Position numbers and translations under genes: made by a program
Shown: piece after piece, positions 27,677 through 35,861 of the stretch
Numbering within the stretch: the stretch's first letter is position 1
How the letters are laid out: each line of letters begins with the position of its first letter
The notes under the pieces: generated by a model
Seen by the model: only the letters and a program-made list of their open reading frames with translations
Told to the model about the DNA's origin: nothing
The model's database searches: none
DNA from: an uncultured Prevotella sp.
GTDB lineage: Bacteria > Bacteroidota > Bacteroidia > Bacteroidales > Bacteroidaceae
Assembly (NCBI GenBank): GCA_946541195.1
Contig: CAMNJE010000115.1
Span: 2,392-66,391 of the forward strand
Reading direction: 5' to 3'
DNA length: 64,000 nucleotides

Positions 27677-29812
27677 ATGGCAGCATTAGGAAAAATCAGA
27701 AAAAGAGGCGTAACGCTGGTGATTATCATCGGTCTTGGCCTTTTTGCCTTTATTGCTGAGGAGGCTTTCCGTTCTTGTGAAGCAACCAAGAACCAGCAGC
27801 GTCAGCAGATCGGCGAGGTGTTAGGTAACAAAATCAATGTACAGGAGTTCCAGGCACTCGTTGACGAGTATCAGGATGTGCTGAAGATGACCAATGGCAT
27901 CGACAACCTCTCGGAAGAGCAGTTGAACAGCATCAAGGACGAAGTATGGAACTCGTATGTCAACGAGCAGATTATCAAGACAGAGTGCCAGAAGGTTGGT
28001 CTGACAGTGACTGACGAGGAACTCCAGAACATCATGAAGGAGGGTACCAACCCCATGCTGATGCGCTCACCGTTCGTGAACCAGCAGACAGGCCGCTTCG
28101 ACGTGACCATGCTCACCAAGTTCCTGGCAGACTATAAGAAGAACGCCACCAACCCACAACTCGCCGAGTCTTATCAGAAGATATACAGTTACTGGCAGTT
28201 TATCGAAAAGCAACTCCGTCAGCAGACACTGGCACAGAAATACCAGTCGCTGATTGCCAATGGCCTGCTCTCTAACCCCGTGTCTGCCAAGATGGCCTTT
28301 GAGGGTCAGAATCAGGAGAGCAATATCGAACTGGCTTCCATCCCTTATTCCAGCATCAACGACAATGACGTGAAGGTGGAGGATAAGGATCTCAAGGCTA
28401 AGTACGAGGAGCAGAAGGAGATGTTCAAGCAGACCGTCGAGACCCGTGATATCAAGTACGTTGATTTCCATGTCGTGGCTTCTGCCGCTGACCGTAAGGC
28501 CCTGATGCAGACGATGCAGGACGCATCAGCCAAACTGCAGAGCGGTGCCAATCCTGCTGAGGTCGTGCGCAAGGCCCAGTCTCAGTTCCCCTACACAGGT
28601 ATTGCTGCTACCAAGCGCGCCTATCCTTCAGACATTGCCGCTAAGATCGACTCTATGGCAGTGGGTCAGACCACGGCTCCGTTTGAGACGAAGTCTGACA
28701 ATACCTTCAATGTGGTGAAACTGATTTCCAAGACCCAGATGCCCGACAGTATCGAGTATCGTCAGATTCAGGTGAGTGGCGAGACGCTCGAGGCCATTCG
28801 CAAGACGGCTGATAGTATCTATAACGCCCTGAAGGCTGGTGCCGATTTCGAGGCTCTGGCACAGAAGTATGGTCAGACTGCCCAGAAGCAGTGGCTTACC
28901 TCTGCCATGTATGAGAACAGCAACACGATGGACGAGGAGTCAAAGAACTATCTTAATTCCATCAACAACCTTGGTACCAATGAACTGAAGAACCTCGAGT
29001 TCTCACAGGGTAACATCATCCTGCAGGTCACTGCCCGCAAGGCTATGGTTGACAAGTACGACGTGGCTGTCATCAAGCATACCATCGACTTCTCGAAGGC
29101 CACTTATTCTGACGCCTACAATAAGTTCAGCCAGTACGTCAGCGAGAACAAGACCCTGGAGGACCTGGAGAAGAATGCCGCCAAGTATGGCTACACCGTT
29201 CAGGAGCGTAAGGATCTCTACAACTCTGAGCACAACGTGGCTGGCCTGCGTGCCACCCGCGAGGCCATGAAGTGGATCTTCGACGCCAAGGAGGGTGAGG
29301 TGAGCCCGCTCTATGAGTGTGGTAACAATGACAACCTCCTGGTCGTTGCCATGACCAAGATCCATCCTGTGGGCTATCGTAGTCTCGACGCCGTGAAGGA
29401 TATGGTGAAGGCCACTGTGCTCCGCGACAAGAAGTTTGAGCAGATCAAGGAGAAGTATGCTGGCGTGGCTGATATAGCAGCCGCTAAGGCCAAGGGTGCC
29501 CGCATCGACTCTGTGAACCAGATCACCTTCTCTGCCCCTGTGTTCGTACAGGCTACTGGTGCCAGCGAGCCCGCCCTTTCTGGTGCTGTTGCTGCCGCCA
29601 AGCAGGGCGACTTCAGCAAGGCCATCGTGAAGGGTAATGGTGGTGCCTATCTGTTCAAGGTTCTCAAGAAGGCTGCACGTGATGGACAGAAGTACGATGA
29701 AAAATCGACAGAGAAGATGCTGAAACAGCAGGCCATGCAGGCTGCAGGCCGCTTCATACAGGAACTCTATCAGAAGGCCAACGTAGTGGATAATCGCTAC
29801 CTGTTCTTCTAA
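27677..29812 (+). CDS. SurA N-terminal domain / peptidylprolyl isomerase (PpiD-like)
   Basis: ATG 27677 (MAALGKIRKRG), N-terminal TM, rotamase region (ADSIYNALKAGADFEALAQKY), ends VVDNRYLFF. Confidence 0.88.
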   Translation: MAALGKIRKRGVTLVIIIGLGLFAFIAEEAFRSCEATKNQQRQQIGEVLGNKINVQEFQALVDEYQDVLKMTNGIDNLSEEQLNSIKDEVWNSYVNEQIIKTECQKVGLTVTDEELQNIMKEGTNPMLMRSPFVNQQTGRFDVTMLTKFLADYKKNATNPQLAESYQKIYSYWQFIEKQLRQQTLAQKYQSLIANGLLSNPVSAKMAFEGQNQESNIELASIPYSSINDNDVKVEDKDLKAKYEEQKEMFKQTVETRDIKYVDFHVVASAADRKALMQTMQDASAKLQSGANPAEVVRKAQSQFPYTGIAATKRAYPSDIAAKIDSMAVGQTTAPFETKSDNTFNVVKLISKTQMPDSIEYRQIQVSGETLEAIRKTADSIYNALKAGADFEALAQKYGQTAQKQWLTSAMYENSNTMDEESKNYLNSINNLGTNELKNLEFSQGNIILQVTARKAMVDKYDVAVIKHTIDFSKATYSDAYNKFSQYVSENKTLEDLEKNAAKYGYTVQERKDLYNSEHNVAGLRATREAMKWIFDAKEGEVSPLYECGNNDNLLVVAMTKIHPVGYRSLDAVKDMVKATVLRDKKFEQIKEKYAGVADIAAAKAKGARIDSVNQITFSAPVFVQATGASEPALSGAVAAAKQGDFSKAIVKGNGGAYLFKVLKKAARDGQKYDEKSTEKMLKQQAMQAAGRFIQELYQKANVVDNRYLFF

Positions 29813-29836
29813 TAAGCATAGTGATATGACATCATG

Positions 29837-29874
29837 GAGGGGCTTGCCTATAGGCAGGCTCCTCTTTCTGTTTT
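29837..29874 (+). terminator. Intrinsic terminator after the ppiD-like gene
   Basis: GAGGGGCTTGCC-tata-GGCAGGCTCCTC stem (two G-T pairs) followed by TTTCTGTTTT. Confidence 0.75.
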
Positions 29875-29953
29875 CCTTTCAGCAAGAGGCTAACTTCCTG
29901 AGTATAAGACAGTTCGGCTGAAGGGTGATTATTTGCCCATATCTCTGTATGAT

Positions 29954-29999
29954 AACGTTTGACAATTGTCAAATGATTGTCTGACAATTGTCAAACGTT
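29954..29999. repeat. Nested palindrome: 18-bp inverted repeat whose arms each contain TGACAATTGTCA
   Basis: AACGTTTGACAATTGTCA (29954-29971), 10-nt spacer, TGACAATTGTCAAACGTT (29982-29999). Confidence 0.9.
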
Positions 30000-30202
30000 T
30001 ATTTGCAGCCATTTGATTCTCAAAACAACCCTTTTATGGTATAAGAGCAGCCTTTAGGGGGAATGAGTATAGATACTTGGTGATTGAATTCGCATGGTTT
30101 TATGCAGGAATATGTCCTTTCAGCGTAATCGACTGTATGAAAGGATGTTACGTGTCTGCTGAAAGGAGTTTTGGAAAATTGACTTCAAAATATTTTGTGT
30201 AT

Positions 30203-30236
30203 TTTGAGGTTTATTCATTATAATTGTTTACCTTTG
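30203..30236 (+). promoter_or_regulatory. Probable promoter of the polysaccharide operon
   Basis: TTTG 30203-30206, 22-nt spacer (slightly long), TACCTTTG 30229-30236. Confidence 0.6.
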
Positions 30237-30653
30237 CATGCGACTTGATGCCCGACATGTCTGTAAAAGACGGGTAAGGGTGGGGGTCGATTATTTTGGA
30301 GCAGCGTCTATAAACGCTTGTTTTTGGTTGTTTGAACCTGAGAAATTCAAAAAATCGTAATCAAGGACAAAGCAGAAGTGGATTTCTGTCTGTTATTACG
30401 AGGGTTTTCTCAGGACCTAAACAACGAACGGGCAGGTTGGAGATTCACGCTTTTTGTTTTTTCAACGTCTATCGTGGCGGTTTTCAATTTGCGTTGTGCT
30501 GTCTTCCAAACACAGGATTGTATATGCGAATCATCGTTGTCGCTGGGAACCAGTGCAAGGCATGAGGGAGTGTGTATATCATATAGAATTATCGGGTACT
30601 ACCATGAAATATGGCGGTGTCCCCCTTCTTTGTAATTTATCAGAAGAGGAACA

Positions 30654-33128
30654 ATGAAAGAATCAGACATGAATAAAGAATTGGAGAAAGGACCTGTTGG
30701 GAAAGAAGAGGGCACGCTCGTGTTCCGAGAACTCTGCGATTACTATGTAAGTAACTGGAAATGGTTCTTGGCATCAGTGGTTGCTTTCCTGCTTGCGGCT
30801 TGTATCTATCTGTGGTTCACGCCCACGAAGGTCAATGTGACAGGCAAGTTGCGTATTATGGACAAGTCGAAGCAGAGCGGTCAACTGTCGATGGGCATGT
30901 CCATGCTGAACTCCCTCCCTATGGGCCTTGGCAGTAGTCTTGGTGGCGGTCTTGGGGCAGTCCTTGGGGGCGGCATCGAGTCCGAACAAGAGATTCTCCT
31001 GTCTAATAATCTCTCCAAGGAAGTCGTCAGCGAACTGGGACTTTACACCGAGTATCGCCAGAAGAAGTGGGGTAGGAAGAACTTGTTATACCAGAACCAG
31101 CCCGTGAGCGTGATAGTCGCGCCAGAACTGCTGAAGACGCTTGAAGCCAAACTCCCCTTGAAGAATCTGCAGATCAGGCTCCTTATAACCAAAAGTGGAG
31201 ACAGTTATACAGTGGAAACAGTTGTGAAGGAGAACAAGGAGAAGACGGAACTGCCTGAGGAGACCTTCTCGCACCTTCCTGCGACGATTGAAACAGGTCT
31301 TGGTCCTATCGTGCTGAGCGAGAATACGCAACTGACGGAGCAGGACCGTGAGTCATACCAAGACGGTTACACCCTGCAGGTTACCATTATTCCCCCTTCG
31401 GAGAGAGCGGCAGATTTCCTTGAACATTTGACGGCGGAGCCCTCCTTGAGCAAGGCTCCGGATATCATTGGACTGACGTTGGAAGACGAGAGTGTGGTGA
31501 GAGGGGTCGATTTCGTGAACACCCTGGTGGAACTCTACAACAAGTACATCAATGAAGAGAAGAACGAGGAGGCGCTGAAGACAGACGAGTTCGTCAATAA
31601 GCGCCTGGCGAACCTGGATGTCGAACTGGGCCATTCAGATGAGGCTTGGGAGAAATCGAAGAAGAGTTTCCAAGTAACTGAACCTTCCGTCGATGCCCAA
31701 GAGATTATGACCAAAAGGGGCCAGTATGAAGCCCAGTTGGTCAGTTTCGGAACACAGATTCAGTTGCAGGACTACCTAAATGAATATGTCAACGATCCCA
31801 CGAACCTGTTTGAACTTATCCCTGTGAATGTCGGAGTCTATGGAGGTGATGCCCTGCCGATGATCAGTCAGCATAATACACTGATCACCCAGCGTCGCGA
31901 ACTGTTGAAGAGTGTCAGTGAGCAGTCGCCTGTCGTAAAGAAGATCAACCTATCCATTCAGGAACTCCATCCCAATATCCAGACAGCCATGAAGCGCGAC
32001 CGCCAGTCGCTGTTGATTAAGCGTCAGGCTGTGGAGCGTGAATATGATAGGTACAACGGCCGTGTTACGAATACTCCGCAGGCTGAGCGCGTCCTGACGG
32101 AGATCGGTCGTCAGCGTGAGATCAAGCAGGGCGTCTATCTGCTGATGCTCCAGCAGCGCGAGGAGACTGCCATGCAACTGGCCAATATCACGGACAAGGG
32201 AAAACTCATCGATGCCGTCAGGGCCGTCAGATACAGCAATCACCCCAAGAAAAAGGTCGTACTGCTTGGGGCACTCCTTCTGGGTCTTCTCTTCCCCATG
32301 CCATTCCTGTTCATGTCAGCAACAAGATCCAGACAGATATTTAAGAGTGCCTCTGTGATGGTTTTGGCGCTTTTCATGTTTTCTGCCTGTATGAGCACAA
32401 AGAATGTTCCTTATTTCACCAATATGGACGAGATCTCCACAAGTGATTCCAAAGTGCAATATGAAGCAAGGATCATGCCAAAGGATATTCTTCAGATTAA
32501 GGTTTTCTCGACGACTCCAGGAATGGTTGATGCCTTCAATCTGGAAAAGACCCCTGTCTCTTCATCGTCAACGACTGACCATGTCACCCCCAATTCTGTA
32601 TATAACTATATTGTCGATAGTGATGGTGACATTATCTACCCAGTCATTGGAAGCATTCATGTGGGTGGCTTGACGCGAAAAGAGGCAGAGACCCTGATAA
32701 AATCCAAGGTTGCACCTTATATGTCGCCAACAGAGGATTACCTGGTTCATGTCCGTATGATCAACTACAAGTATTCTGTTCTTGGTGAGGTCAGGTCTCC
32801 TGGAACATTTCATACTCAGAATGAGAAGGTCAATATCATCGAGGCTATAGCCCAGGCAGGTGATATGACTCTTTATGGATTGCGAGACAGGGTTTTCCTG
32901 ATTCGTGAGAACAGTGACGGACAGAAAGAATTTCATCGTCTGAACCTAAACGACGCGAACATCGTCAGTTCACCGTATTACTATTTGCAACAGAATGACA
33001 TCATCTATGTAGAGCCCAACAAGGCACAAGCCAGAAGTTCATTCTTCTCGACGACAAGTTCAATCTGGCTATCCATCACGAGTGCTCTGGTCTCATTAAG
33101 TACTTTGATTATTGCCATAACCAAATAG
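30654..33128 (+). CDS. Fused polysaccharide co-polymerase (Wzc-like, no kinase domain) and OPX/Wza export lipoprotein
   Basis: 824 aa single frame: TM1 + coiled-coil periplasmic region + TM2 (res 1-553), then MSATRSRQIFKSASVMVLALFMFSA-C(579), Poly_export/SLBB motifs (YIVDSDGDIIYPVIGSIHVGGLT, VLGEVRSPG, IEAIAQAGD, YYYLQQNDIIYVEPN) and a hydrophobic C-terminal helix. Confidence 0.85.
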   Translation: MKESDMNKELEKGPVGKEEGTLVFRELCDYYVSNWKWFLASVVAFLLAACIYLWFTPTKVNVTGKLRIMDKSKQSGQLSMGMSMLNSLPMGLGSSLGGGLGAVLGGGIESEQEILLSNNLSKEVVSELGLYTEYRQKKWGRKNLLYQNQPVSVIVAPELLKTLEAKLPLKNLQIRLLITKSGDSYTVETVVKENKEKTELPEETFSHLPATIETGLGPIVLSENTQLTEQDRESYQDGYTLQVTIIPPSERAADFLEHLTAEPSLSKAPDIIGLTLEDESVVRGVDFVNTLVELYNKYINEEKNEEALKTDEFVNKRLANLDVELGHSDEAWEKSKKSFQVTEPSVDAQEIMTKRGQYEAQLVSFGTQIQLQDYLNEYVNDPTNLFELIPVNVGVYGGDALPMISQHNTLITQRRELLKSVSEQSPVVKKINLSIQELHPNIQTAMKRDRQSLLIKRQAVEREYDRYNGRVTNTPQAERVLTEIGRQREIKQGVYLLMLQQREETAMQLANITDKGKLIDAVRAVRYSNHPKKKVVLLGALLLGLLFPMPFLFMSATRSRQIFKSASVMVLALFMFSACMSTKNVPYFTNMDEISTSDSKVQYEARIMPKDILQIKVFSTTPGMVDAFNLEKTPVSSSSTTDHVTPNSVYNYIVDSDGDIIYPVIGSIHVGGLTRKEAETLIKSKVAPYMSPTEDYLVHVRMINYKYSVLGEVRSPGTFHTQNEKVNIIEAIAQAGDMTLYGLRDRVFLIRENSDGQKEFHRLNLNDANIVSSPYYYLQQNDIIYVEPNKAQARSSFFSTTSSIWLSITSALVSLSTLIIAITK

Positions 33129-33157
33129 GGTGATATAAGTATCAATGGTTAGAAACA

Positions 33158-34750
33158 ATGAAGAGTAAGTGGTTTTTATTTTTAGTTTTTATATCCATCG
33201 GCCTGGCATCGGGATGTTCTGGTAGCGATGTGGTTGAGGAACCAGTTCCTGCTCCTTCAGAGCCCAAGGCCAATGGCAAGGATACGACTTCTGATAGTGT
33301 CGAAAACATAAGTCCTTCATTGCTGAGTGTTATCTTCAGATGTGAAGACAATGCTTATCAGTTGAGTGAAGATATAGCCTGTGAGATACTTGATGACAGC
33401 GTTGTAGTATGTAGGATTCCCAATGTCGTAGAAAACAAACAGTTGAAGCCGGCGATTAGATTTGTTGGCGAAAAGTTGTTGATAGACGGTGTCGCCTATC
33501 AGGCGGGGGACCAATATGATTTTCGGAAGCCAGTTAAACTCTCAGTCATAGCAGGACACGAAACGAGGACATATACGGTGTATGTCCATTCCTTCACGGG
33601 TCTTCCTGTGATGTGGATAGAGACAGTAGGTCGGCAGGACATCACGTCGAAAGAAGAGTATCTGAAAGCCAGTTTCAGGTTAGAGGAAGGAGTTGTTTCC
33701 AGGGGTGCAGGTGATGTGATATGTGATAGTATCCAGATAAAAGGACGTGGAAACACGACATGGAGCCTGTTTGACAAGAAGCCCTATCGCCTGAAGTTCG
33801 GCAAGAAGGTCTCTCTCTTAGACATGCCAGCAGATAAAGCCTGGGTGTTATTAGCAAATCCTGCCGATAAGTCGATGCTCCGTAATATGATCAGTTTCTA
33901 TTTGGGTCAACTCAGTAATCTGGATTGGACGCCAAGGGCACACTTTGTGGAACTCATGCTGAATGGGAGATACAATGGGACTTATCTTCTGACAGAAAAG
34001 ATCAAGATTTCAGAGCACAGGGTGAATATTGGTGATAACGGCATCCTGATGGAGTTGGATGCGTATGCGCATAATGAGGCAGATTCACGCTATTTCAATA
34101 CGAATCATTTCAAGCATGAGATAAACATCAAGGCTCCGCATGTTGAATATGGGGATGAGATTTTTAACAAGGCTAAAAACTTGATGTTGACTGCTGAAGA
34201 AGTGTTGTTCTCTGACGATTTCACTGACCCTTTGGTGGGATGGAGGAAGTATCTGGATGAAACCTCGTTTATAGACTGGTATCTGGTCAATGAAATCGTT
34301 AAGAATACAGATGTTGTGGATTGGTCTTCCACCTATTTCAATTGTCAGGCTGGAGGGAAACTCAAGATGGGCCCACTCTGGGATTTTGATCTCACATTTG
34401 GGAATTGTGAGGAAAAATTTGAATCACGGATATCAACACCTGAAGGCTTTTCTGCCATGCATAATCCTTGGATTTCTCAACTTTTCAAGGATTCCTCGTT
34501 TGTAAAGAACGTTAAGGCACGGTACGAGTACTTTTATAGTCAGAAAGAGAGAATCTTCATGGAAATCAATGAGAATAGTCAGTATCTAAAATATGCCGTT
34601 GTAGAAAACGATAACCGCTGGCATACCTTATATGCAAGTGCATGGAGAAATCCAATTATCTGGGGCAGTTACGATAATGAGGTGCAGTTCTTGAAGCAAT
34701 GGCTCAATACCCGTATGGAATGGCTCAAACGGGAATATGAAAACATGTAA
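33158..34750 (+). CDS. CotH kinase family lipoprotein
   Basis: 530 aa; lipobox ASGC, IKGRGNTTW, KKPYRLKF, WVLLAN, FVELMLNGRYNGTYLLTEKI, MGPLWDFDLTFGN. Confidence 0.88.
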   Translation: MKSKWFLFLVFISIGLASGCSGSDVVEEPVPAPSEPKANGKDTTSDSVENISPSLLSVIFRCEDNAYQLSEDIACEILDDSVVVCRIPNVVENKQLKPAIRFVGEKLLIDGVAYQAGDQYDFRKPVKLSVIAGHETRTYTVYVHSFTGLPVMWIETVGRQDITSKEEYLKASFRLEEGVVSRGAGDVICDSIQIKGRGNTTWSLFDKKPYRLKFGKKVSLLDMPADKAWVLLANPADKSMLRNMISFYLGQLSNLDWTPRAHFVELMLNGRYNGTYLLTEKIKISEHRVNIGDNGILMELDAYAHNEADSRYFNTNHFKHEINIKAPHVEYGDEIFNKAKNLMLTAEEVLFSDDFTDPLVGWRKYLDETSFIDWYLVNEIVKNTDVVDWSSTYFNCQAGGKLKMGPLWDFDLTFGNCEEKFESRISTPEGFSAMHNPWISQLFKDSSFVKNVKARYEYFYSQKERIFMEINENSQYLKYAVVENDNRWHTLYASAWRNPIIWGSYDNEVQFLKQWLNTRMEWLKREYENM

Positions 34751-34754
34751 CTTA

Positions 34755-35543
34755 ATGAGTGATTATATTAGTTATCTGGATATACCAAGACAATGGGGGC
34801 TGAAAAGTGGTGACGTCGTCATACTCTCTTCCTATCTCACGAGAGTGGTGATGGATACAAAGAGAAATGGCGAACATTTTGATATGAATCTTTTCCTGGA
34901 ATCAGTACTTGACGTGATAGGAGAAGAAGGTACCTTGCTTATCCCTACATTTAATTGGGACTTCTGCCATGGTGAGACATTCGATTACTATAAGACAAAA
35001 AGTCAGACAGGTGTTTTAGGAGATAAGGCGTTGATGCATCCTAAATTCAGGCGGACTCAACATGCCTTATATTCTTTTGCCGTAGCAGGCAAGGATCAGG
35101 CAATGCTTTGTGGCCTGACAAATCAATCGTCGTTTGGTGCCGACTCACCATTTGCATATTTGGAGAGGTGCCATGCAAAACAAGTCATGATTGATGTTCC
35201 GGAAAATCATATATGGGGTTTCACATACGTTCATTTTGTCGAGGAGAAATATAGGGAGTTCATCCCATACAGGTATATGAAGGAGTTCAGAGGCACTTAT
35301 ATAGATGAAAGTTTGCGGGAATCTATTAGGACATACACCATGTTGGTTAGAAACTTGGATATGGATGTCAGAGTAGAATTGGATCCTTTGGCAGAAGCGT
35401 TTACGAGAGAAGGTGTCCTGACATCGTACCGAATAAACAATGAATATTATACCGTTGTTGATTTGTATAGTTCAACAAGAATAGTTGCAGAAGACATCCT
35501 AACTAATAAAAGTAGATTGTTTACACGTTATAATGGACAGTGA
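34755..35543 (+). CDS. AAC(3)/YokD-family N-acyltransferase
   Basis: Start ATG 34755 (or 34737); GTLLIPTFNWDF, SQTGVL, RRTQHALYSFAVAG, SSFGADSPF, TYVHFVEE. Confidence 0.8.
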   Translation: MSDYISYLDIPRQWGLKSGDVVILSSYLTRVVMDTKRNGEHFDMNLFLESVLDVIGEEGTLLIPTFNWDFCHGETFDYYKTKSQTGVLGDKALMHPKFRRTQHALYSFAVAGKDQAMLCGLTNQSSFGADSPFAYLERCHAKQVMIDVPENHIWGFTYVHFVEEKYREFIPYRYMKEFRGTYIDESLRESIRTYTMLVRNLDMDVRVELDPLAEAFTREGVLTSYRINNEYYTVVDLYSSTRIVAEDILTNKSRLFTRYNGQ

Positions 35544-35549
35544 GTAATA

Positions 35550-35846
35550 ATGGATAAGAAAAGAATTAATGAGATAGTCATCAGTACTTTGAAGGACTAT
35601 TGTGAAGCAAACGGGATTAATGTCGAACTGACAAAAGATACCTCTTTGATAGGTAGTGCAAGAATTCTCGACTCAATGGGATTGGTGAACACTATCGTGG
35701 ATATTGAAACGGCCTTTCTTGATGAGGGCGTTGATATTTCTCTGACCTCTGAGGCTGCCATGTCTGGACGCATCAGCCCCTTCCGTTCAGTCGGATCCCT
35801 TTGTAACTTTATCGCTCGTCAACTTGGTATTGACGAAAAGGAATAG
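35550..35846 (+). CDS. Acyl/peptidyl carrier protein
   Basis: 98 aa; ILDSMGLVNTIVDIE Ser motif, PFRSVGSL. Confidence 0.8.
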   Translation: MDKKRINEIVISTLKDYCEANGINVELTKDTSLIGSARILDSMGLVNTIVDIETAFLDEGVDISLTSEAAMSGRISPFRSVGSLCNFIARQLGIDEKE

Positions 35847-35861
35847 ATTAGGCAGACCTTT

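Noticed and set aside
29958-29995. Palindromic repeats as a CRISPR remnant
   Set aside because: Only two units with an 8-10 nt gap, no spacer-sized unique sequence and no cas genes.
29990-30400. Possible invertible capsule promoter
   Set aside because: The best flanking inverted repeat I found is only 8 bp (AAACAACC/GGTTGTTT); the 18-bp repeat encloses just 10 nt and no promoter; no recombinase is nearby.
30332-30657. Small ORFs (77, 85 and 67 aa) in the capsule leader as upxY/upxZ candidates
   Set aside because: No NusG NGN/KOW-like sequence and three overlapping frames are equally unconvincing.
34755-35543. AAC(3)-family gene as an aminoglycoside resistance determinant
   Set aside because: Its context among carrier proteins and glycosyltransferases points to biosynthesis; no mobile element or other resistance gene is nearby.
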